Below, in pieces: positions 40,287 to 48,365 of a stretch of DNA of 64,000 nt. The DNA comes from a virus. Below the pieces are notes generated by a model that did not search any database, was not told where the DNA came from, and saw only the letters and a list, made by a program, of their open reading frames with translations. Location: IMG/VR virus record IMGVR_UViG_3300043570_002098. The stretch is one strand, 5' to 3'. Made by a program: the position numbers and the translations under genes. Numbering within the stretch: position 1 is the first letter of the stretch; each line of letters begins with the position of its first letter.

Positions 40287-41939
40287 TTATTCAACAATCA
40301 AATTAATCTTGTTTCCGTTTCCATCAACCGCGTCAGCTAAAACTGTATAAAATAAACCCGCCGTATTTGTTATGGTTTCTTTCGGTATAAAAGTTAATTT
40401 GTAAGGTGTCCCTATTTTAATTCTACCAGTTTTCATTTGATCCATTGAACCGAATGTTAATCTACCATCTCCATTTGTTGAGAAGTTAGTTACGTTTGGA
40501 CCGGCGTCAAATGATATATTATCAAATGTTAATTTTGAATTGTCATATTGTAAGATTACCTCTAATCCCGCTAATCCGTCTTTTGTTAATGTTCCCGTTA
40601 ATACAACTTTACCATTAACAATTGTAGAGTTTAATCCTAATGTTGCCTTTTCAATTGTTGGTGTATATGACATTGATTGAACTGAAAATGATTTGATTGA
40701 TGAGGTACTTTTTTCATTAATTGAGTTTAAATAAGTTCCTGCCGCAATTCTACTTGCGATTACATCAGGGTCAGATGAATGAGACCAATCCAAATCACCA
40801 CCCCATGCGTATACCATATCTACCGATTGATTTGATGATGTTACTTTTGTTTTGTAAGTAGGTACACCATCTAACCAACTTTGATTTAATAAACCACTAT
40901 ACCATTTGAATAAACCACTATTTGTACTCAATGGAATCCATGCACTATCTTTTACATTAGCGATACCCATTACATATGCAAACATATAATATGAATCACT
41001 TTCACTAAACACACTTTTACTCTTTGTAATTTGACCTATATTCTTTTGTAATTGTGGTCTTGTAAAATAAGTTTTTACACCCGCGATATCCGTTTGTGAA
41101 ATACCTAAAAATGCTTTATATGCGTCTGATACTGTTATAATGTTATTCATAAAAGTTTTTCCTGTTGCACCATACATCCACACCGCCAAACTATCTCCCA
41201 CTTTCACTTCTGTTGTAAATGTCGCCTCACCACTTGCATCTAATACTTTTGTTGCAATTGGTGTTACTGTAAAATCAATTGTACCATCTGTTTTTATTGG
41301 AAATAATGCAACACTGTGTGCGGTAATATCATATCCTGTTGGGAATAAAACTCTTAGTTTGAACTGAGACGTATTACCAACAACATTTGTTAAAGACATT
41401 GTACCTGGATCAGTTGTAATTGGTGTAATGTATGCACTTGTTGCATCAATTGAATATGATAAGTCTAATTTATGAATGTCGGTATACGCACCCAAATCTT
41501 TGATTACATATTTTTGAGTTGCAACATCTCCGTTGATAGATGCATCGGTTCTTTGAACAGTTAATTGACCAACATTCCAATCTGCGTTGGCTGCGTAACC
41601 CCATGGAGATATTAGATATTGTGCATATAAATCTTTAGCTGTAATACTATTTGCTGCACTTGAAGTAAATTTATAAGACGACCAACCTGTGTAGAATGTT
41701 TGAACTGATGTTCCTTGTGAGAACGTCGTTGAAACATATGAAAGTGCCTTATTGTTAAATTGATATCTCAACCAAAAATAACGAGGCGTGGTTGTACCTC
41801 TCGCAACCGTGTATTTAACTGAAACCGTATCACCAACCTTTAACCCTGTTGTAGGTGTCACAGATTGGTTGACAGTTAATTGTGCATTTGTTGCTATGGA
41901 TATTACTAGTATTCCAAGTAGCGTTAATAGTTTTTTCAT
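40287..41939 (-). CDS. Exported protein with degenerate dockerin-like and cohesin-like modules
   Basis: Signal peptide; ITVSDAYKAF, WGGDLDWSHS and GLEVILQYDNSKLTF parallel the C-terminal half of 37674..40283. Confidence 0.65.
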   Translation of the reverse strand: MKKLLTLLGILVISIATNAQLTVNQSVTPTTGLKVGDTVSVKYTVARGTTTPRYFWLRYQFNNKALSYVSTTFSQGTSVQTFYTGWSSYKFTSSAANSITAKDLYAQYLISPWGYAANADWNVGQLTVQRTDASINGDVATQKYVIKDLGAYTDIHKLDLSYSIDATSAYITPITTDPGTMSLTNVVGNTSQFKLRVLFPTGYDITAHSVALFPIKTDGTIDFTVTPIATKVLDASGEATFTTEVKVGDSLAVWMYGATGKTFMNNIITVSDAYKAFLGISQTDIAGVKTYFTRPQLQKNIGQITKSKSVFSESDSYYMFAYVMGIANVKDSAWIPLSTNSGLFKWYSGLLNQSWLDGVPTYKTKVTSSNQSVDMVYAWGGDLDWSHSSDPDVIASRIAAGTYLNSINEKSTSSIKSFSVQSMSYTPTIEKATLGLNSTIVNGKVVLTGTLTKDGLAGLEVILQYDNSKLTFDNISFDAGPNVTNFSTNGDGRLTFGSMDQMKTGRIKIGTPYKLTFIPKETITNTAGLFYTVLADAVDGNGNKINLIVE

Positions 41940-41941
41940 AG

Positions 41942-42589
41942 TTATTTAACAAATAATTTAGTTATTAATTTATCCGCCGATTTTTTTAAGGCGTTACTAA
42001 GTGACGTTTGATTAAATTGACCTCCCTCATCAACAATTAATGTTGACATTGATATTTCTGAAGATGATTCTTCGACCATTATTTCCTTTTCTTTTTTACC
42101 ATCCTTATATAAAGTTCCTTTCATACGAATGACAACTTCTTCTTCATTTTTGTGAAAAACAGAAATGTTCTTTTTTGTTGTAAGAACATCTAAATAAATG
42201 ATTTGAACTTTTAATTTGTATGGGGCTGAAGGTGTTAAATCATAACCCTTTTCTTGTAAGAATTCTTCCAATGTATTTTTTACACCGAAAGCTAAATTTC
42301 TATTACCTGCCAATTTACCCATCTTAACTTCATTGGTAACACTCTCCACCCAAATATGGTCTTCAGCCACATAGAATATATTTTCAGGTGAGTTCTTGAA
42401 TGTACCATCAATCCTCCACGAAATCCAATTTGAGATGTCTCTTGTTATTTCTCTTTGGCCTGAAAATTCCAAAACCGCCATGGATATACCGAATATCATT
42501 CCAAATATTACCCATGATATCGCAAAGTATAAAAAACCTAAAAAGATTTTTTCTTTAATATTAATTGATAGTGTTCTTAATTTTTCCAT
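41942..42589 (-). CDS. Membrane-anchored periplasmic protein (possible CsgG/LptE-like alpha/beta fold)
   Basis: N-terminal TM; LAFGVKNTLEEFL and FNQTSLSNALKK echo 31861..32589. Confidence 0.5.
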   Translation of the reverse strand: MEKLRTLSINIKEKIFLGFLYFAISWVIFGMIFGISMAVLEFSGQREITRDISNWISWRIDGTFKNSPENIFYVAEDHIWVESVTNEVKMGKLAGNRNLAFGVKNTLEEFLQEKGYDLTPSAPYKLKVQIIYLDVLTTKKNISVFHKNEEEVVIRMKGTLYKDGKKEKEIMVEESSSEISMSTLIVDEGGQFNQTSLSNALKKSADKLITKLFVK

Positions 42590-42684
42590 ACTGTTCTGAG
42601 TTTACAATTCCCTCAGAACCACATATTAATATAATACATAATATCTTGAGAGAGATACGTTTATTTTTTGTCTGTCTATAAATA
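42590..42684 (-). promoter_or_regulatory. Envelope-cluster leader: TATTTATA promoter, sRNA site, uORF and hairpin
   Basis: Motif 42677-42684; sRNA-complementary site 42641-42672; uORF MYYINMWF* 42639-42613; hairpin gttctgag/ctcagaac 42593-42619 next to the ATG. Confidence 0.55.
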
Positions 42685-42784
42685 CTATTGAATTAGTCTA
42701 CTGATGAAACTCATGAGTTATTTTATTGAAAATATTTTGTTTTCATAAAAAAATATCTTATATTATAATATTAAATAAATTATT

Positions 42785-43567
42785 ATGGGAAATTTTAAAC
42801 ATCTCACAGAATTGGAAATTCAACAAATGACATTTGATTGGAGATACCGAGGATTTACAACATTAGAACTCTTAACAGAAGAAGAATGTGACGAAATCAA
42901 TGACGAACTTGAACGTTTACGTCAGGAGAGAAAAGGAACATTAACAGACGATGGTAAGGAGTGGGGTGAATGGGATCCATTCGCATATCCACATAAATTA
43001 TCGGATAAACTTGCAAAACTATATGTTCACCCTAAATTAATTGAAGCTTGTCAGTTTCTAATGGAAGGTGAAATTGTTGGGATGCAAAGTTGGGCATACT
43101 TTAAACCACCAGGACAATTAGGTAGAGATATGCACCAAAACGCCTTTTACACGGGTTGTAAACACAATGAAATTATCAATACGGCATTAGCATTGGATAA
43201 CCACGACAACAGTAATGGTTCCGTGTGGAACTACGAAGGTTCACATAGATTACAAACCTTACCAATTGAGGTTGATGAGGAAAGAACAAAAACTAATCCA
43301 TCGTTTTGGAGAAATGAAAGAGGTAAACCTTGTATTATGCCTGAGGGACACGATTTCCGTAAGGTAGAAGGAATTCTAAAAAAAGGACAAGTGGTTTTAT
43401 TACACTCACATTGTGTACACGGGTCGGAAGCTAACAACTCAAATAGAATGAGAAGAAACTTTTTAGGTGGATTCTTAAAAAAAGGTGCATTTTACAATCA
43501 GGGAAGTCATATGAAACGTGAACCAATTGATGTATATGAACTTAGAGATAAACATTGGAGTGAATAG
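42785..43567 (+). CDS. PhyH-family (phytanoyl-CoA dioxygenase-like) 2OG-Fe(II) enzyme
   Basis: FKPPG...HQN, ALD..NG....GSH, HGSEANNS..RR. Confidence 0.85.
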   Translation: MGNFKHLTELEIQQMTFDWRYRGFTTLELLTEEECDEINDELERLRQERKGTLTDDGKEWGEWDPFAYPHKLSDKLAKLYVHPKLIEACQFLMEGEIVGMQSWAYFKPPGQLGRDMHQNAFYTGCKHNEIINTALALDNHDNSNGSVWNYEGSHRLQTLPIEVDEERTKTNPSFWRNERGKPCIMPEGHDFRKVEGILKKGQVVLLHSHCVHGSEANNSNRMRRNFLGGFLKKGAFYNQGSHMKREPIDVYELRDKHWSE

Positions 43568-43659
43568 TAGTATATTGTTATATTGATAACCCTCACCTTA
43601 AAAAGTGGGGGTTTTTTGTAAAAGATTAAAAATAATTTTGTATATTCGTATATATTTAT

Positions 43660-43688
43660 TATCTTTGTAAAATAAGTGGTTCTTTGAC
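43660..43688 (+). promoter_or_regulatory. Bacteroidota -7 promoter plus boxA-like element for the tRNA cluster
   Basis: TATCTTTG at 43660-43667; GTTCTTTGAC at 43679-43688. Confidence 0.6.
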
Positions 43689-43705
43689 ATATTGAAATAA
43701 AATAA

Positions 43706-43778
43706 GCCTCGTTAGCTCAGTTGGTAGAGCAAGTCATTTGTAATGATTAGGTCTGCGGTTCAAGTCCGTAACGAGGCT
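43706..43778 (+). tRNA. tRNA-Thr(UGU)
   Basis: Cloverleaf; anticodon loop TTTGTAA; GTTCAAGTC; CCA not encoded. Confidence 0.92.
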
Positions 43779-43780
43779 CA

Positions 43781-43963
43781 ACAGGTGACGACGGTGGTGT
43801 GACCCCACTGTCTATGAATCTCAACTATCCGTTTGAATCTAGATGTAGAACGGTGAGAGTAGAGTTACTATAAGTTGGAGTAATTAACCATTAAGCGAAA
43901 AGTAACCTCCGATTCATGAATCAGTCTCGGACATGATGTACATAGATGGTACGAAAAACCTGT
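43781..43963 (+). ncRNA. Structured inter-tRNA RNA element A
   Basis: acaggt/acctgt closing helix; actgtctatg/catagatggt 10 bp; ccgtt/aacgg; GGAGTAATTAACCA. Confidence 0.55.
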
Positions 43964-44048
43964 AACTTTTTGAAACTAACTCAACGAGGACTTTGTTAAC
44001 CAGTGCATGACACGGAGGTGCAACTTAAGTTGGGTTGGAATCAAACAC

Positions 44049-44121
44049 GCTTCCTTAGCTCAGTTGGTAGAGCGCAAAACTGTTAATTTTGAAGTCGGGG
44101 GATCGTGACCCTCAGGGAGCG
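44049..44121 (+). tRNA. tRNA-Asn(GUU)
   Basis: Cloverleaf; loop CTGTTAA; atypical T-loop ATCGTGA. Confidence 0.85.
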
Positions 44122-44214
44122 CAACGTGATAATCACTCCACGCAAGTGGTAAGCACCCGGCAGTAACACCGGGATGGCAATGTGGTTATTAAGAGGTAAG
44201 GAAAAGACTAAAAT

Positions 44215-44289
44215 GGGAATGTAGCTCAGTTGGTTAGTAGCAGTGCTCTCATAAAGCAAAGGTCTTTGGTTCAAATCCAAACTTTCCCA
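44215..44289 (+). tRNA. tRNA-Met/Ile2(CAU)
   Basis: Cloverleaf; loop CTCATAA; GTTCAAATC; no initiator features. Confidence 0.85.
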
Positions 44290-44483
44290 CACGATTCGGT
44301 TAGTCACCGAATAGTATGTCCAATATGATGAGAAATGGTTTGACAACCATATGGAAACGTACATTGACGTATAGGAAGAACGTCAGGGGACATCACCCCG
44401 ACCTCGTGAGGACGAAATGATTATTCCTAACCCGAAAGGGGACAGCTAAGACACCTGTGAGTTGGATAAATAAAGGTGTCAAC

Positions 44484-44569
44484 GGAGAGATGGCAGAGTT
44501 GGTCTATCGCGACAGTCTTGAAAACTGTAGACTGTAACAGGTCCGTGGGTTCGAATCCTACTCTCTCCG
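44484..44569 (+). tRNA. tRNA-Ser(UGA)
   Basis: Long variable arm; loop CTTGAAA; GGAGAGA/TCTCTCC; G discriminator. Confidence 0.93.
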
Positions 44570-44832
44570 CTGTAGAGTTTGCCCGTGGTAACGGTCTAAT
44601 GGGGAAACCTTGTAGACTTCTCGCGTCAAAACCCAAAACACTGATCTACTGGTGCTTGGGCTAAATGTAGAAAAAAAACGGGATCTTTTTTAATCACAAA
44701 TAAAAATGTGAGCTATAATAAAGTAGCCAATTATAAGCCAACATAAAGCTGTTGGATACAGACGGAGTAATTAACCAGAGTATAGTGCAACAATTGTGAT
44801 ATTATAACAAATACCCATTTGAGTGATTATTT

Positions 44833-44904
44833 GTTCTTGTCGACTAAGGGTTAGGTCACCTCCCTTTCACGGAGGTAATACGGGTTCGAATCCCGTCGAG
44901 AATA
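44833..44904 (+). tRNA. tRNA-Glu(UUC)
   Basis: cctcc-CTTTCAC-ggagg anticodon arm; GGTTCGAATCC. Confidence 0.9.
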
Positions 44905-44942
44905 CATTTTGTTTATTGGAATATTTTTTGTATATTATCATC

Positions 44943-45293
44943 ATGAAACCGCAGATTTTTAATTTACTTACATCAATTTCACTTTTCCTATTAGGATCGG
45001 TTGGTCATTGGTATATAATGTATTGGCAATTTAAAATGGAAAATTGGATTAAGACTCCGTGGCCTTATTTAATTGCAGTCGGTTGTACGTTCTTGTGGAT
45101 TAAAGCATCTCATTATGGTGTAAAAGCGTTTAATGGTGAAATGTGGAGTAATAGATTTATATTTTTTGTGACAGGTATTATGATTGCATCGGTTCTTTAT
45201 CCGTACCATTTTGGTCAACCGTTCACAATGAAAACCGCAGTTCAATTACTGTTGGCTTTCACAATTATTATTATATCATTATTTTGGAAATAA
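44943..45293 (+). CDS. Small 4-TM membrane protein
   Basis: Start MKPQIF at 44943 (the longer ORF overlaps tRNA-Glu); four hydrophobic helices. Confidence 0.7.
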   Translation: MKPQIFNLLTSISLFLLGSVGHWYIMYWQFKMENWIKTPWPYLIAVGCTFLWIKASHYGVKAFNGEMWSNRFIFFVTGIMIASVLYPYHFGQPFTMKTAVQLLLAFTIIIISLFWK

Positions 45294-45306
45294 AAAATTA
45301 AAAGTT

Positions 45307-45537
45307 ATGTTTATAGGTTATTATGTTATTTGTGTTATTTATTGTTTGTATCAGTTGTTTAAAAATTTAGACAAAAGATATTCTAACGACCCAACAGGTG
45401 GTTCACCAGAATTAGATACTATCATGGTTTTAGTAATGGCTTGGATACTTGCCCCCGTTGATGTTTCATTGACTTGGATTCGTTGGTATAGGGAAGCTGA
45501 AGAAGCAAGAAGAAGACAAGGTAGTAGATTTTTATAA
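45307..45537 (+). CDS. Small membrane protein
   Basis: 76 aa, two hydrophobic segments. Confidence 0.6.
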   Translation: MFIGYYVICVIYCLYQLFKNLDKRYSNDPTGGSPELDTIMVLVMAWILAPVDVSLTWIRWYREAEEARRRQGSRFL

Positions 45538-45703
45538 GATATGGGACTCCGATGGAAGTCCGCAAGAAGAATAGATGTTTTTCATCCATCAAATATCAAT
45601 AGTGCTGACTGCTACGGAGATACAAGACAGAAGTGAAGGAACTGTTCCTATTGATTATTTTGTTTTTTAACAAAAAATTCCTATATTATTAAAAATAGAA
45701 AAT

Positions 45704-45919
45704 ATGAAGTGTTTAAAAAACGTAAAAACGGGAAACATTATTAGAGTTGATGAAAAACAAGCCTATCAAATGGCTGGTTCAACATGGAAATACACAACTA
45801 AAACAGAATGGAAAGGTATTGTAACTGAATCACCAAAAGAGAATGTTGAAGTTGGACATGATATGGGTGGATCATATGAAATTAAAAAAGAAAAAAAATC
45901 TAAAAAAGTTTCAAAATAA
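45704..45919 (+). CDS. Small basic hypothetical protein
   Basis: 71 aa; MKCLKNVKTGNIIRV. Confidence 0.65.
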   Translation: MKCLKNVKTGNIIRVDEKQAYQMAGSTWKYTTKTEWKGIVTESPKENVEVGHDMGGSYEIKKEKKSKKVSK

Positions 45920-46060
45920 TTTGGAATATTAGAAAACATTTCTTATCTTTGTAAAAGAAAGGAACAATCAGTAAAAATGTACCTGAAGTGAGAGCGACAA
46001 GTTTGCTACACCAAATGGTTTGAAAGTTCTAAAATAGATAGTTCTTTGAATAAAAATATT

Positions 46061-46872
46061 GGCCGTCTATAGTCAATAAAATAAACCATGAAAGTGGGAT
46101 AAAGTGAGGAGTCCTTGGTTGGGACAAATTGCGGATTCAGTAATGGATCTCGAGTAGACAAGTGGAATATCGTTTGACCTGAAGTAGTGAGGGTAACTCC
46201 GTAGCGAAATGGTTAGATGACCAAGCAATCCGAGTTGTTTGGTTGAGGTGGGAACACCAATAAGAATAATCCATAGAGTTCATGTAAGAAGTATAGTTAT
46301 CCAATTATACAATTGCGTAATTCAATACAATGGTGGTCTTAAAACCGTAGCGTCGTAAGACGGAAGGTATGACAAAAAACAGGTGGTGCTGTTAGTGTCC
46401 TTGACTAAATCCTACCAAGGGTTTAATCTCGAAGGAAACCAAAAATATGGAGGTGGGGACACTTCAGAGAGTAGTTTAGTATCGAGTCGTCCAAAAGATG
46501 ACTTGGCTGGGTGACGAACCACTACTTTCCCAATTCGGAAAACTAAATTTTTATTTTGGTATAAAAATCATACATAAAAAGAAAAAGTGTTCGTCAGTCA
46601 TTGGAGACAGGTGACTACTTAGTCGTGAGAGGTTCACGGCCATAAAGGGACTCAATCCCAATATGATTTTTAAGAAAGTTCTCTAAACCCGCAAGGTTGA
46701 AACAGGTCGGCAGATTTGTTGAGTAATAAGTAATAAAAGAGTATCTGATGACTTTAGGATTGGTTAATCTAATTGACCGTCATTGATCGGTACGAATCAA
46801 AAGTTCGTGGAAAAGGAAAGAAACAAATAATGTTCCTAAGTCGATTGTTAAAACTTGTATTCTCAGAGTTTT
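46061..46872 (+). ncRNA. Large ornate ncRNA, GOLLD-like
   Basis: ~810 nt without ORFs, many hairpins and GNRA loops, TATCTTTG promoter (45944) and boxA-like GTTCTTTGA (46041), terminator 46940-46967, near tRNAs; family name unverified. Confidence 0.65.
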
Positions 46873-46982
46873 ATTTTCTTTGTTTAGAAAAACAAAGTGG
46901 TGGTGAATGTATGTAAAACCATACGGCCTATACAAAATTAAGTCAGAAGAAATTCTGACTTTTTTTATACCTATTTATTGAT

Positions 46983-47576
46983 ATGAACATAATTAAAAAA
47001 GAGTTAATAATCGACCACCCAAGTTTTGAAAAAATATCAGACTTTTTTAATTCATATGAATTAAATGAAAAAAAATTTCCTGTTTCAACAAATGAAACGT
47101 TATTTGTTGATCCGTCGGTTAATTCGGGTAATAACCATATCGTAACTATTGAAAAATCGACATTATTTAATTTTAAAAATGATGAATTAAATAGTTATTT
47201 TCATGACTCATTAAATTACATTAAATCAATTTATAATATTAAGATATTATGGTTAATGATATATCCACCTAAAAGTCGTTTATTTTTTCATATTGATTAT
47301 GAACAAAATAGACATTTATTATCATTTAATGAAAACCCAAGATTTTTTAGTTACGAATGTGATAAAATAGGAATTATTGACGAGATAAATGAAAAATTAA
47401 AAAATTGTAATGATGATATTGATTCGTTCAATCAATATTATTTAAATTTAGATCCAAATTGTAAAATAGAATCTTTGGATAAAAATACGGTTTATACCTT
47501 TGGAGACTCGGTCCACAATTTTGTAAATGATTCCGATAAATTAAGAGTTAATTTTGTTTTTGAATTAATGGATTAA
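46983..47576 (+). CDS. 2OG-Fe(II) oxygenase-like protein (Asp/Asn/Pro hydroxylase type)
   Basis: YPPKS..FHID...VHNFVN...RV. Confidence 0.55.
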   Translation: MNIIKKELIIDHPSFEKISDFFNSYELNEKKFPVSTNETLFVDPSVNSGNNHIVTIEKSTLFNFKNDELNSYFHDSLNYIKSIYNIKILWLMIYPPKSRLFFHIDYEQNRHLLSFNENPRFFSYECDKIGIIDEINEKLKNCNDDIDSFNQYYLNLDPNCKIESLDKNTVYTFGDSVHNFVNDSDKLRVNFVFELMD

Positions 47577-47615
47577 TTTTTTTGTATATTCCAAAAAGTT
47601 TGTTATATTTGTGGT

Positions 47616-48365
47616 ATGAGATTAGTTTGTATATCAGATACCCACAGCCTTCATCATCAGATGGAACATCCTTTACCAAAAGGTGATGTGTTAATCCATG
47701 CTGGTGATATTTCTAATAAAGGTGGTGAAAAAGATGTTAAAGATTTCATTGATTGGTTTAAAAACTTAGGTGGTTGGGATCAAAAAATATTCATATCTGG
47801 TAATCACGATTATTGTTTTGAGAGGATCAATAAACCATCTTATAAAGGTAATTACGAATGGTTAAGTCATTTAATGTCATCTGAAAATTTATCACAATCC
47901 GATGTAACATATTTGGAAGATAGTTCATTTAGTATAGAAACCCCCGAATTTGACAGACCCATCAAATTTTATGGTAGTCCTTGGCAACCTTGGTTTTATG
48001 ATTGGGCATTTAACTTACCGAGATTAGGAATTGAATTACAAGAAAAATGGAATATGATTCCTGAGGATACGGATGTGTTAATCACGCATAGTCCACCAAA
48101 TGGATATGGTGATTTAGTTAATAACTGGAGACAACCAAATACAAACGTAGGATGTGAATGTCTAATAAATAGAATTGGTGAAATCAATCCATTGGTAAAT
48201 GTGTTTGGACATATTCATGAAGGTTACGGTGTTCAATACGGAGATAAAACTTTATTTGTAAATGCATCAATTTGTACCACGGAATATGAACCAACAAATA
48301 AACCAATCGTTATTGACTTAGTTGAAATTAACGGAAAAATAAACGCTATGTATGTCGAAGAATAA
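47616..48365 (+). CDS. Calcineurin-like metallophosphoesterase
   Basis: SDTH, HAGD, GNHD, THSPP, FGHIHE. Confidence 0.93.
   Translation: MRLVCISDTHSLHHQMEHPLPKGDVLIHAGDISNKGGEKDVKDFIDWFKNLGGWDQKIFISGNHDYCFERINKPSYKGNYEWLSHLMSSENLSQSDVTYLEDSSFSIETPEFDRPIKFYGSPWQPWFYDWAFNLPRLGIELQEKWNMIPEDTDVLITHSPPNGYGDLVNNWRQPNTNVGCECLINRIGEINPLVNVFGHIHEGYGVQYGDKTLFVNASICTTEYEPTNKPIVIDLVEINGKINAMYVEE

Noticed and set aside
28175-42672. The 32-nt similar sequences at both ends of the cluster read as att sites or direct repeats of a mobile island
   Set aside because: The repeat is imperfect, no integrase is nearby, and partial copies recur at internal gene starts, which fits antisense targeting better; not fully excluded
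42701-42732. CTGATGA followed by a palindrome, resembling a hammerhead
   Set aside because: No GAAA directly after stem II and no stems I or III
44083-44664. ORFs 44083..44364, 44427..44636 and 44476..44664
   Set aside because: They overlap tRNA genes and are spurious translations
44571-44672. Theta/HDV-like ribozyme or SAM-II riboswitch call after tRNA-Ser
   Set aside because: Only P3/L3- and J4/2-like fragments are present; I could not form P1, P1.1 or P2, and there is no downstream gene to regulate. Kept only as an unnamed structured RNA
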